From a virus (taxonomy: Duplodnaviria; Caudoviricetes): 36,195 bases of DNA. This document shows, one piece after another, positions 1 through 7,162 of the stretch. Within the stretch, counting starts at the first letter, position 1; every line of letters starts with the position of its first letter. The notes under the pieces were generated by a model, which worked only from the letters and a program-made list of their open reading frames with translations, was not told the DNA's origin and did not search any database. A program made the translations under genes and the position numbers. The stretch spans positions 1 to 36,195 of IMG/VR virus record IMGVR_UViG_3300030372_000594; one strand, 5' to 3'.

Positions 1-475
1 GTGGTACACAGTATATCATGGGAACTCATACGCCCTAGGGGGGCTTTTTTTGTAAAAAGTCGGGATATTACTAATAATAAACGAGATTACCAAGCAATTT
101 AAAAATAAATAATTATTCTTGTTGCTTTTGGTGTGGTGCTATGTTATACAAATTAAATTCCACTATTTGAAAATAAAGCTTGTAAATCTCATTGTTCTTT
201 ACTATAGAGACTGTTTAGTAGTGCCTTGATTGGATACAGGCGAAATATGGCTAAATACACCCTCAATAAAAGCCCATAACATACTCTAAAACGCCATAAA
301 ACAAGTTTTAAATATGTAGGTTCATCTACTTAGAATAAAGCCATATATAGCCAATTAAACACCCTGAAAGACTTTTTGACAATAGCAAGTAAAATCTTTA
401 AATAAATGCATTTTTTTAACAAAAAATAGAATAATTTTAGATAAAAATTATCCTCACATATATAAGGTGTATCAA

Positions 476-492
476 AGTTAAGACCCTTAACT
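476..492. repeat. 17-bp palindrome copy 1 (AGTTAAG-ACC-CTTAACT)
   Basis: Perfect 7-3-7 inverted repeat, 12 bp upstream of the putative -35 box of the first early promoter. Confidence 0.9.
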
Positions 493-504
493 GTTAAAAT
501 TTGT

Positions 505-532
505 TTGCATTACCAATAATTTGGAGTAATAT
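505..532 (+). promoter_or_regulatory. Putative sigma70-like early promoter
   Basis: TTGCAT (505-510), 16-bp spacer, TAATAT (527-532), upstream of the first + strand gene. Confidence 0.45.
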
Positions 533-588
533 AGAGGGTCAATTAAATAACATAAAATAAGGCGTAAGCCTTGAGGAGAATAAAACAC

Positions 589-1179
589 ATGAAGAAAGAA
601 AGCAAAATCACAAAGCAAACTTACAAGAAGCCAACCAAGAAAGAAATTGATGAGGCTTTACAAATAGGTTTGATGCTAGGAGAGAAAACAAAGTCAGTTG
701 TTGATGTAATCAAAAGAGATTTACACCACAGAGACGATAACAACCAAACCCAATTAACTAGAAAATTCGACAATATTCTAAATGGGAATGATGTTGAATT
801 GATAGAGAAAACCAAAGGGTTTATCAAAAAACAAGTACAGACCCTAGTAAAAGAAAAGGCTGTACAGTTAGCCGTTTTGGGAGATGAAAGAAAAGAGGCT
901 CAAGTAACTCTAAAAAAGGTTACTAAGTCAATGATTGAAAATGTAGATGGTCTATACGCCGATAATTTCAACGAAAAGGATTTCGGCTCATTTCGGGTTG
1001 TTAAGATGCACAAAAAGACTGAGGATTTAACAATTCATGAGGAGTTAATGAAGTGGATGCGCTCTCAGAAGAAAAATGGACTTTGGACAGGCTCAAAAGG
1101 GCAAGAAAAAGACCCCGAATTTTACGATGTTGCTACTGTGATAAATCTTTGTAAAGATATACAGGAGGGCAATATATAA
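589..1179 (+). CDS. Hypothetical early protein
   Basis: ORF track gives 571..1179; the ATG at 589 follows a strong GAGGAG RBS and is the preferred start. Confidence 0.8.
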   Translation: MKKESKITKQTYKKPTKKEIDEALQIGLMLGEKTKSVVDVIKRDLHHRDDNNQTQLTRKFDNILNGNDVELIEKTKGFIKKQVQTLVKEKAVQLAVLGDERKEAQVTLKKVTKSMIENVDGLYADNFNEKDFGSFRVVKMHKKTEDLTIHEELMKWMRSQKKNGLWTGSKGQEKDPEFYDVATVINLCKDIQEGNI

Positions 1180-1236
1180 CCTACTGATGAGGGGGGGTGT
1201 TCAAATTCACCCCCCGAAACGCTAAAAGCGTCTAGG
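1180..1236 (+). ncRNA. Type I hammerhead ribozyme HHR1
   Basis: Stem I CCUA(1180-83)/UAGG(1233-36); core CUGAUGA (1184-90); G/C-rich stem II (1191-1215); GAAA (1216-19); stem III ACGCU/AGCGU; GUC triplet with predicted cleavage after C1232. Confidence 0.9.
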
Positions 1237-1254
1237 GATAATTTGGAGGAAATT

Positions 1255-1722
1255 ATGAAACAAACATACAAAACAATTATAAAAGATATTGACCAAAACG
1301 ACAGTAATTATTGTACTGTTTTAGCTGTTGCCATCGCCATGGATCTACCATTTAAAAAAGTTCAAAAGGGCTTTTTTGAATTAGGAAGAAAGCGAAATAA
1401 GGGCTTTTACTTTTTTAGAAATTTTAAAGATGTAGCCGAAAAATTTAACATCAAATATGAAATCATCGCAGAGCATCAATTCGAAGTTAAAAAAAGATAT
1501 TTTACATCTTTAACAGCCAATAATTGCACTGAGTACCTAGACTTAGATACTTATATTTTAGGCTGTAGAGGTCATGTATTTGCCGTTAAAAATGGTAGGG
1601 TTGAGGATTGGACTAGGGGAAGAAAGCACCAAGTTAAACAGGTATACAGAATTATTAATAAAAAACCCAAAGTTAAGTCCCTTAACTCTTGGGAAAGTGG
1701 ATTTGATTTATCAAAATATTAA
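1255..1722 (+). CDS. Early protein with putative Cys-His-Asp (papain/C39-like) motif
   Basis: NYCTVLAVA ... GHVFAVKNGRVEDW; ATG at 1255 after GGAGG. The function is inferred from the motif. Confidence 0.6.
   Translation: MKQTYKTIIKDIDQNDSNYCTVLAVAIAMDLPFKKVQKGFFELGRKRNKGFYFFRNFKDVAEKFNIKYEIIAEHQFEVKKRYFTSLTANNCTEYLDLDTYILGCRGHVFAVKNGRVEDWTRGRKHQVKQVYRIINKKPKVKSLNSWESGFDLSKY
1671..1687. repeat. 17-bp palindrome copy 2 (AGTTAAG-TCC-CTTAACT)
   Basis: Inside the 3' end of CDS 1255..1722, read as V-K-S-L-N. Confidence 0.9.
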
Positions 1723-1741
1723 AAGAGGAGAATAAAACAAA

Positions 1742-1957
1742 ATGAAGAAACCAACAATATACGAAATAAAAAGACTAACCAAAGATAAAGCCCCTTATTT
1801 TTTTAGTAGGGACACCATGAGGTTTTTTGGTCAAACGCTAAAGGATTTTAAGGTTGGAAGCTTTAAAGATGGCAGATTTAAAATAACTGCGAAAAGTTGG
1901 GGAGGAAATGAAACAGTTAGATATTTCAACCCTAAAACAAATGACCTAGAATATTAA
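1742..1957 (+). CDS. Hypothetical early protein
   Basis: 71-aa ORF with GAGGAG RBS; contains YFFSRDTMRFFG. Confidence 0.8.
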   Translation: MKKPTIYEIKRLTKDKAPYFFSRDTMRFFGQTLKDFKVGSFKDGRFKITAKSWGGNETVRYFNPKTNDLEY

Positions 1958-1973
1958 AAGAGGAGAAAACAAA

Positions 1974-2360
1974 ATGAAAACAATAATCAGAAAAAATAGT
2001 GTATTTGGGAATCATAAATATGTAGAGATTAACGACCACAGACCAGAACCAGTTAAAATTGGAACTCATAAGACAGTAGTGTTCACAGAGCCAAATTTAA
2101 AGGGAGAAAATACAACAAAAGTAGTATATCATAAAACGGCTGTAGTTAGTTTTAATGAACATACCATTTTATTAAAAACAGGGGGCTATTGGACAAGAAC
2201 AACAAAACTGAGAATGAATCAAACATCTAAAGTTTTTAATCTTGGGTTTGAGGTATTCCAAAGAGATTTTACTTGGTATGTAAAATTCAATGGAGTTACA
2301 AAAGAGTTTGAAGAAAATACGATGGTAATTAGTCGGGATGGTTGGAACTGGGAAAAATAG
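1974..2360 (+). CDS. Hypothetical early protein
   Basis: 128-aa ORF with GAGGAG RBS; contains VVYHKTAVV...TGGYWTRTTKLRMN. Confidence 0.8.
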   Translation: MKTIIRKNSVFGNHKYVEINDHRPEPVKIGTHKTVVFTEPNLKGENTTKVVYHKTAVVSFNEHTILLKTGGYWTRTTKLRMNQTSKVFNLGFEVFQRDFTWYVKFNGVTKEFEENTMVISRDGWNWEK

Positions 2361-2415
2361 GCTTACTGAAGAGGGTTTTATATCCGAAACACCCAATTAT
2401 TTGGGTGTCTAAGTC
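2360..2415 (+). ncRNA. Type I hammerhead ribozyme HHR2
   Basis: Stem I GGCUUA(2360-65)/UAAGUC(2410-15); core CUGAAGA (2366-72); stem II GGGU/AUCC; GAAA (2386-89); stem III ACACCCAA/UUGGGUGU; GUC triplet with predicted cleavage after C2409. Confidence 0.92.
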
Positions 2416-2435
2416 AAAAATAGAAAGGAATTAAA

Positions 2436-2660
2436 ATGAATCCATATTCAAACACATATTATAAGTATAAAGTAGGGATGGAAATAGAATTAAATCATGA
2501 ATTTGATTATAATAGGGCTATTGTTACAGAATTAGATTGGCATCAGGAAAAAGACGAACCCCTTTTAATTGTTGCCATAATTCATAACGACAAACCAAAA
2601 ACAGCACCCAAGGATGAGCGTTGGGTATATTTTAACCAAGTAAGGAGAATTATAAAATGA
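2436..2660 (+). CDS. Hypothetical protein
   Basis: 74-aa ORF with AAGGA RBS, just downstream of HHR2. Confidence 0.75.
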   Translation: MNPYSNTYYKYKVGMEIELNHEFDYNRAIVTELDWHQEKDEPLLIVAIIHNDKPKTAPKDERWVYFNQVRRIIK

Positions 2661-2833
2661 ATATGTCAGATTTTGATAATTTAGGATATACAGAACTATT
2701 ATTAATAATTGGTGCCTGTCTTATGATATTCGCTGAGATGTACGGGGCAAAAATATTATTATTTTTATTAATGTATATCGTAGGATCTATTTTTCTAGGA
2801 TATTTTTATTATAAAATTATAAATAGGAGTTAA
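2657..2833 (+). CDS. Small membrane protein (58 aa, not in ORF track)
   Basis: MNMSDFDNLGYTELLLIIGACLMIFAEMYGAKILLFLLMYIVGSIFLGYFYYKIINRS; AGGAG RBS; ATGA overlap; two hydrophobic segments. Confidence 0.65.
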   Translation: MNMSDFDNLGYTELLLIIGACLMIFAEMYGAKILLFLLMYIVGSIFLGYFYYKIINRS

Positions 2834-2844
2834 GGAACTTAACT
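2828..2844. repeat. 17-bp palindrome copy 3 (AGTTAAG-GAA-CTTAACT)
   Basis: Supplies the TAA stop of 2657..2833 and ends 1 bp before the ATG of the HNH-like gene. Confidence 0.9.
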
Positions 2845-2845
2845 T

Positions 2846-3253
2846 ATGATAACCAGACAATGCAAACAATGTAATAAAATATTACCTCATAGCGTGAGCC
2901 ATTTCCCAAAAACAGGTCAATATAGGGAGGATGGAATGCCTTATATTAGAACTATTTGCAAAAATTGTTTCCCTAAATACAGCACAGAGCAAACTAATAA
3001 TTATAGGCGAGACAATAGAAAAAGGCTAAACGCTTATAAATTAGAGGCTAGGTGTGGCTGTGGTTATTCTAAAAAAAGTAAGAATTTCAGCACTAGGTCG
3101 CTAACATTTCATCACGAACATGATAATAAGGTAGCCAATATTTCTAATATGATGAACCATTCATGGAAAAAGATTTTAGAAGAAATTAATAAATGCATCA
3201 TTATATGCTTTAACTGCCACATGGCTATACATGGAAAGGAACAACATGGATAA
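2846..3253 (+). CDS. HNH endonuclease-like protein
   Basis: N-terminal CxxC pairs; C-terminal LTFHH...EINKCIIICFNCHMAIH. Confidence 0.75.
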   Translation: MITRQCKQCNKILPHSVSHFPKTGQYREDGMPYIRTICKNCFPKYSTEQTNNYRRDNRKRLNAYKLEARCGCGYSKKSKNFSTRSLTFHHEHDNKVANISNMMNHSWKKILEEINKCIIICFNCHMAIHGKEQHG

Positions 3254-3503
3254 AATACAAATAAAAGAGGGGTGTCAGTTCTTAATTGATATTGACAAGA
3301 ACACCCACGAAGGCAATAATAGAGCCACATACCACTTAATAACTTGCATAGCGGGTTTAAAATTATGGCAAGTAGGACTCAAGCCAAATAGACATTTCAC
3401 TCTCAAAGCAATTAAAAATTATTTTGGGATCACAGGAAACGCTAAACAGTTACTTTATAAATTGGAACAAATCAAAGAAATATGTCAGGGAGAAACACCT
3501 TGA
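3246..3503 (+). CDS. Hypothetical protein
   Basis: ORF track gives 3231..3503; the MDKIQ start at 3246 follows AAGGA. Confidence 0.7.
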   Translation: MDKIQIKEGCQFLIDIDKNTHEGNNRATYHLITCIAGLKLWQVGLKPNRHFTLKAIKNYFGITGNAKQLLYKLEQIKEICQGETP

Positions 3504-3528
3504 CTCTAATTTATATTAGAGGTAACTT
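3500..3528 (+). promoter_or_regulatory. Putative sigma70-like promoter for the tRNA and downstream genes
   Basis: TTGACT (3500-05), 17-bp spacer, TAACTT (3523-28). Confidence 0.55.
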
Positions 3529-3544
3529 GTAAGTATAAATATAT

Positions 3545-3623
3545 GGGTACTTAGCCCGATTGGCAAGGGGGCAGTCTGTAAAACTGTTTAACCATCAAAT
3601 AGGTTCAAATCCTATAGTACCCA
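3545..3623 (+). tRNA. trnY: tRNA-Tyr(GUA)
   Basis: Acceptor GGGUACU/AGUACCC plus discriminator A; anticodon arm GCAGU-CUGUAAA-ACUGU; T arm AUAGG-UUCAAAU-CCUAU; no encoded CCA. Confidence 0.85.
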
Positions 3624-3626
3624 CGC

Positions 3627-3670
3627 AAGTGTTTTTGGTAGGGATACACTTTCCAAAACGAAAACTACCA
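3627..3670 (+). ncRNA. Predicted H-type RNA pseudoknot directly 3' of the tRNA
   Basis: S1 AAGUGU(3627-32)/ACACUU(3646-51); S2 UGGUAG(3636-41)/CUACCA(3665-70); A-rich loop 3. Confidence 0.55.
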
Positions 3671-3697
3671 CTTTATTAAATAATAAGAGGAGATAAA

Positions 3698-3850
3698 ATG
3701 AACATACTAACACAGCTTATAATTGCTCTTATAATTAAGGCACTTATAATTACAGTAGCTTATTTAAAATCTAAATTAAATGTAGCTAATCATAACTTAA
3801 ATATGTGGAGACAAATAGCACTAAGAGAAAGGGCAAAAAATGCTAAATAA
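3698..3850 (+). CDS. Small protein with hydrophobic N-terminus (50 aa, not in ORF track)
   Basis: GAGGAG RBS; MNILTQLIIALIIKALIITVAYLK... Confidence 0.65.
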   Translation: MNILTQLIIALIIKALIITVAYLKSKLNVANHNLNMWRQIALRERAKNAK

Positions 3851-4004
3851 GGTAACTAAAAAAGAATGTATGGAAGCTATAGAATATTTGTGGTCTATGG
3901 GTTATACTCAAGAGATGACCTCAGATAAAAAATTCTATACTGAAATATTATTAAAGAAAGTAGCTAACGATTATAATATTAAACTGGAGGATGGGGATGC
4001 CTAA
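3840..4004 (+). CDS. Hypothetical protein (54 aa, not in ORF track)
   Basis: MLNKVTKKECMEAIEYLWSMG...; fills the gap between neighbouring ORFs. Confidence 0.55.
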   Translation: MLNKVTKKECMEAIEYLWSMGYTQEMTSDKKFYTEILLKKVANDYNIKLEDGDA

Positions 4005-4257
4005 AATATTTAACTGCTTAGATGGGATTGCAACAGACGAAGTTGTAAAATATTGTAAGACCTGTAGGAAATGTTGGGAACAATTAAGAATAAATGTTAC
4101 AGAAAATAATAGGTCTGGAGATAAGCAATTTATAACCTACTATGAAGATTTTCCAACATATGGTAAAGGTAGAAAAACCTGTCACCAATGTAATGGAAAT
4201 ACCAAATCGGCTCAATTATTAAAAGGATTAGTCGTACACGAAATAACCCAAAGTTAA
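3991..4257 (+). CDS. Putative zinc-binding protein
   Basis: Two CxxC pairs (CKTC, CHQC). Confidence 0.65.
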   Translation: MGMPKIFNCLDGIATDEVVKYCKTCRKCWEQLRINVTENNRSGDKQFITYYEDFPTYGKGRKTCHQCNGNTKSAQLLKGLVVHEITQS

Positions 4258-4268
4258 GGAACTTAACT
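4252..4268. repeat. 17-bp palindrome copy 4 (AGTTAAG-GAA-CTTAACT)
   Basis: Supplies the TAA stop of 3991..4257 and precedes the RBS of 4287. Confidence 0.9.
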
Positions 4269-4286
4269 TACACAAAGGAGAACACC

Positions 4287-4613
4287 ATGTTAAAAAATAA
4301 AAAAATAAAAAAATATATACAGTCAAAGAAATTTCAAAAAGACTGTAGCAAATTTAATAAAAGGTTTTTAACCTTGTTAAATGAACACTCTGAGGATATG
4401 TCAGAAAATACATTTGTGAAATTTGCTGAATGTATATTACCATCTGTATTAATTGGTCATGTATCAAATTATTTTGAACACCATTATGACCACAATGAGG
4501 AATCTGTAAATGATTTTGTTAATACTATAAAATCAACTATAATGGAAGATTGCGACATAAAAGAAGAGCCTAAGCCATATACATTAATTGATGATATAGG
4601 AGCCGTAGCATGA
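4287..4613 (+). CDS. Hypothetical protein
   Basis: 108-aa ORF with AAGGAG RBS. Confidence 0.75.
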   Translation: MLKNKKIKKYIQSKKFQKDCSKFNKRFLTLLNEHSEDMSENTFVKFAECILPSVLIGHVSNYFEHHYDHNEESVNDFVNTIKSTIMEDCDIKEEPKPYTLIDDIGAVA

Positions 4614-4825
4614 ATTATCAATGTGAACATTTAGTCAGGCAAGTACCTAATAATTTTATAACTAGGTGGATAGTTAAGAAAATAAATCTATGGATGAAAA
4701 ACTCAGACTCACGACATAGGCTATTTAGGAGATATAGAACACCGAAAGAAGGTGGTTACACAAGGTATGGAGATGTTTCCTGTGCCAACGCTAAAACATT
4801 TTCAATATATCTTAGGAGTAGATAA
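4610..4825 (+). CDS. Hypothetical protein
   Basis: 71-aa ORF, ATGA-coupled. Confidence 0.7.
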   Translation: MNYQCEHLVRQVPNNFITRWIVKKINLWMKNSDSRHRLFRRYRTPKEGGYTRYGDVSCANAKTFSIYLRSR

Positions 4826-4836
4826 AGGAGTTAAAT

Positions 4837-5022
4837 ATGACAATAGATGAAAAAATAAGAAAGATTACTTATTGGATTACCCACGAATCAGATAACAGAT
4901 TTGAAGAGATAGAATGGCTATTATATTCTATCTATAGTGCTGATGCATCAAGTTTGCCAAGGAATATAGATGAGGCTTATGGAGATGTATTGAAGATTAT
5001 GTCAAAGGAGGAAGAAGAATGA
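4837..5022 (+). CDS. Hypothetical protein
   Basis: 61-aa ORF with AAGGAG RBS. Confidence 0.7.
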   Translation: MTIDEKIRKITYWITHESDNRFEEIEWLLYSIYSADASSLPRNIDEAYGDVLKIMSKEEEE

Positions 5023-5306
5023 AAGCTTTTATAGAGGATAGGGTTCTTTATAAAAAAGAAAAAGAATCTGGTAAATTAAAAATGTCTGGTGGATCTTGGA
5101 CAATTAATATGGATAAATTTGACCTTGACATTGTGGATGAAATCCATTATATTACGGAGCAGTATGCCTACGTTATACAAACAAATGATGCAAAGTGGAA
5201 CGGATTTATAAAAGAGTTCCAAGGAGAAACTAAATTAATTGTAGCTATAAAACATTGGATTAGATATGCCTTACCCATTTATAAAAAATTATCAAAAGCC
5301 TGTTAA
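5019..5306 (+). CDS. Hypothetical protein
   Basis: 95-aa ORF, ATGA-coupled, GGAGG RBS. Confidence 0.7.
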   Translation: MKAFIEDRVLYKKEKESGKLKMSGGSWTINMDKFDLDIVDEIHYITEQYAYVIQTNDAKWNGFIKEFQGETKLIVAIKHWIRYALPIYKKLSKAC

Positions 5307-5320
5307 AGTAGAGGAAAAAA

Positions 5321-5542
5321 ATGCTGAGGATGAACAGAGAAAAAAACACAATCACAACAGCAGTAAAAAAAAATTGTGCAAATTATAATACAGGATTTAA
5401 ATGTTCGGGTATTATGATAGATAGTAAGTTAAATCAATGGCTTGATACTGATTTAAGTGGAAAGGAGTGCCTAATTAAAAGAGGAGAAAAATGTCAATAT
5501 TTTTCAAATGTAGTTGAACCATCAATGATAGGGAAAAAATGA
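5321..5542 (+). CDS. Cys-rich hypothetical protein
   Basis: 73-aa ORF with four Cys (CANY ... CQYF). Confidence 0.7.
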   Translation: MLRMNREKNTITTAVKKNCANYNTGFKCSGIMIDSKLNQWLDTDLSGKECLIKRGEKCQYFSNVVEPSMIGKK

Positions 5543-6180
5543 AATTGGAAGATAATTTTACTGTTAGCAGTATAACTAGCAAAGAGACATATGATTGGTT
5601 ATTATATAAACATTACTTAAAAAGAATCCCATCTATTAGTTTTAGTTTTGGGTTATTTGATAGGTCTGTATTGGTTGGTGTTGTAACCTATGGGACACCA
5701 GCTTCTAATAGCCTGTGTGTTGGGCTATGTGGCAAGGAATATAAGAGCATAGTCTTGGAATTAAATAGACTGTGTATAAATGATGAGTTACCTAGTAACT
5801 GTGCCTCATTTTTTATAAGTAGGACATTTAAATTATTGCCAAAGCCTACAATTTTAGTTTCGTATGCTGATAAATCATTTGGGCATACAGGATATATTTA
5901 TCAAGCTACAAATTGGATTTACACAGGTCTTTCAGATAAAAGAAGGGAGAGGTATAACCCCGATGATTTAGAAAAGCATGGTAGACACATTAGTAGCTTG
6001 GATCTTCCGTTGCGAGATAGACCAAGAAAGCACAGATATGTATATTTTATAGGTAGTAAAAAAGATAAAAAATTATTAAAAAATAAATTATTATACCCTA
6101 TTAAGGAATACCCTAAATTTCAGAACAAAAATTATGATGCAAGTTTTAAGCCGAGTGTTCAAATAGATATGTTTAAGTAA
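5539..6180 (+). CDS. Mom-like (GNAT-fold) DNA adenine modification protein
   Basis: HYL...ELNRL...SFFIS...LVSYAD..GHTGYIYQATNWIYTG, motifs typical of Mu Mom-family proteins. Confidence 0.75.
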   Translation: MKLEDNFTVSSITSKETYDWLLYKHYLKRIPSISFSFGLFDRSVLVGVVTYGTPASNSLCVGLCGKEYKSIVLELNRLCINDELPSNCASFFISRTFKLLPKPTILVSYADKSFGHTGYIYQATNWIYTGLSDKRRERYNPDDLEKHGRHISSLDLPLRDRPRKHRYVYFIGSKKDKKLLKNKLLYPIKEYPKFQNKNYDASFKPSVQIDMFK

Positions 6181-6190
6181 AGGAGAAAAA

Positions 6191-6976
6191 ATGAAAAGTG
6201 GATTTTATGGAATTATACCAAAACCAATTTTACATCATCCAAATTTAAAAGCAAATTCTAAAATAGTATATGCAGAGATTATGGCTAGTTTAGAGGATGA
6301 TGGTTGTTGTGTAAAAAGAAATATATATTTTAGTAAGGTTTTAAATATTTCAAAAGACACAGCATCAAGGGCTATAGCAGAACTTAGAAATAATGGGTTT
6401 ATTCATGTTAGAATTGAACTAGAAGAAGGCACAGAAAAATTTATTAAAAGATATATTACCCCTATGCAAAATTTCCTATGGGTCAATCAAGATGAGAACA
6501 CCCCCTATATGCAAAATAGTCTAGGGGTTGATGTGCCTACTCGTGCAGAAGATGCCCTTACCTATATGCAGAATACCCAAACATTATTATATAATAATAA
6601 TATACATAAAACATATACCAATGGCAATAAAACCAATACCCCTATAAATAGAGATATAAGTGAGAGTCAAGCATTTGCATTGACAAGTATAGTAAATATG
6701 TTTTTAAATAAACAGCAAAGCAGATTTCCTCATTTATATAAGAATGGAAGCAAACATGATTTAGTTAATAAATCAATAAACACTCTCTATGACATAATAA
6801 AAATAGATGGTGTAGAGTACGATGTTATTAAGTCTGTATTAGAGTGGGCATTAGACCATCGGTTTTGGCACTCTCATATTACCTCATTACACACTCTAAG
6901 AAAAGAGGCTAGTAATGGCAATAAAAGATTTCACAACATATTAACAGACTACAAAACTAATGGAGGAACTGTATGA
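6191..6976 (+). CDS. HTH-domain replication initiator (lambda O-like architecture)
   Basis: N-terminal winged HTH (YFSKVLNISKDTASRAIAELRNNGFI), repeat-containing linker, C-terminal WALDHRFW...LR motif; lies upstream of the primase-helicase. Confidence 0.7.
   Translation: MKSGFYGIIPKPILHHPNLKANSKIVYAEIMASLEDDGCCVKRNIYFSKVLNISKDTASRAIAELRNNGFIHVRIELEEGTEKFIKRYITPMQNFLWVNQDENTPYMQNSLGVDVPTRAEDALTYMQNTQTLLYNNNIHKTYTNGNKTNTPINRDISESQAFALTSIVNMFLNKQQSRFPHLYKNGSKHDLVNKSINTLYDIIKIDGVEYDVIKSVLEWALDHRFWHSHITSLHTLRKEASNGNKRFHNILTDYKTNGGTV
6457..6577. repeat. Iteron-like repeats, putative replication origin
   Basis: TGCA(A/G)AA at 6465, 6510, 6544 and 6567; three are preceded by CCTA or CCTATA; an AT-rich stretch follows. 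Confidence 0.55.
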
Positions 6977-7161
6977 ATGTAAATAAGTTAATAGGCATAT
7001 TAAATAAAGTTGAGGACAAATCGCTACCAATTAGAATAATTGAGCTTGATGAAGATGGGTGGTTTAAGGACAATCATTGGTTAGAGGAAGTGGAAATATC
7101 AGACACAGGGAGTAGTGGGTACGAGATTGAGGGCGAAGTTAGATTATATGGGGGAGTCTAG
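6973..7161 (+). CDS. Hypothetical acidic protein
   Basis: 62-aa ORF, ATGA-coupled, GGAGG RBS. Confidence 0.7.
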   Translation: MNVNKLIGILNKVEDKSLPIRIIELDEDGWFKDNHWLEEVEISDTGSSGYEIEGEVRLYGGV

Positions 7162-7162
7162 T

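Noticed and set aside
32-51. GCCC-N5-GGGC-T7 intrinsic terminator
   Set aside because: The stem is only 4-5 bp and no + strand gene lies upstream in the window.
3545-3623. tRNA as attP/att site of a prophage
   Set aside because: No integrase, no duplicated tRNA fragment and no host genes at the flanks.
3624-3680. Theta/HDV-like or pistol ribozyme after the tRNA
   Set aside because: Only 4 nt separate the S2 5' strand from the S1 3' strand, leaving no room for P3/L3, and the pistol P2/P3 elements are absent. Kept only as a generic pseudoknot.
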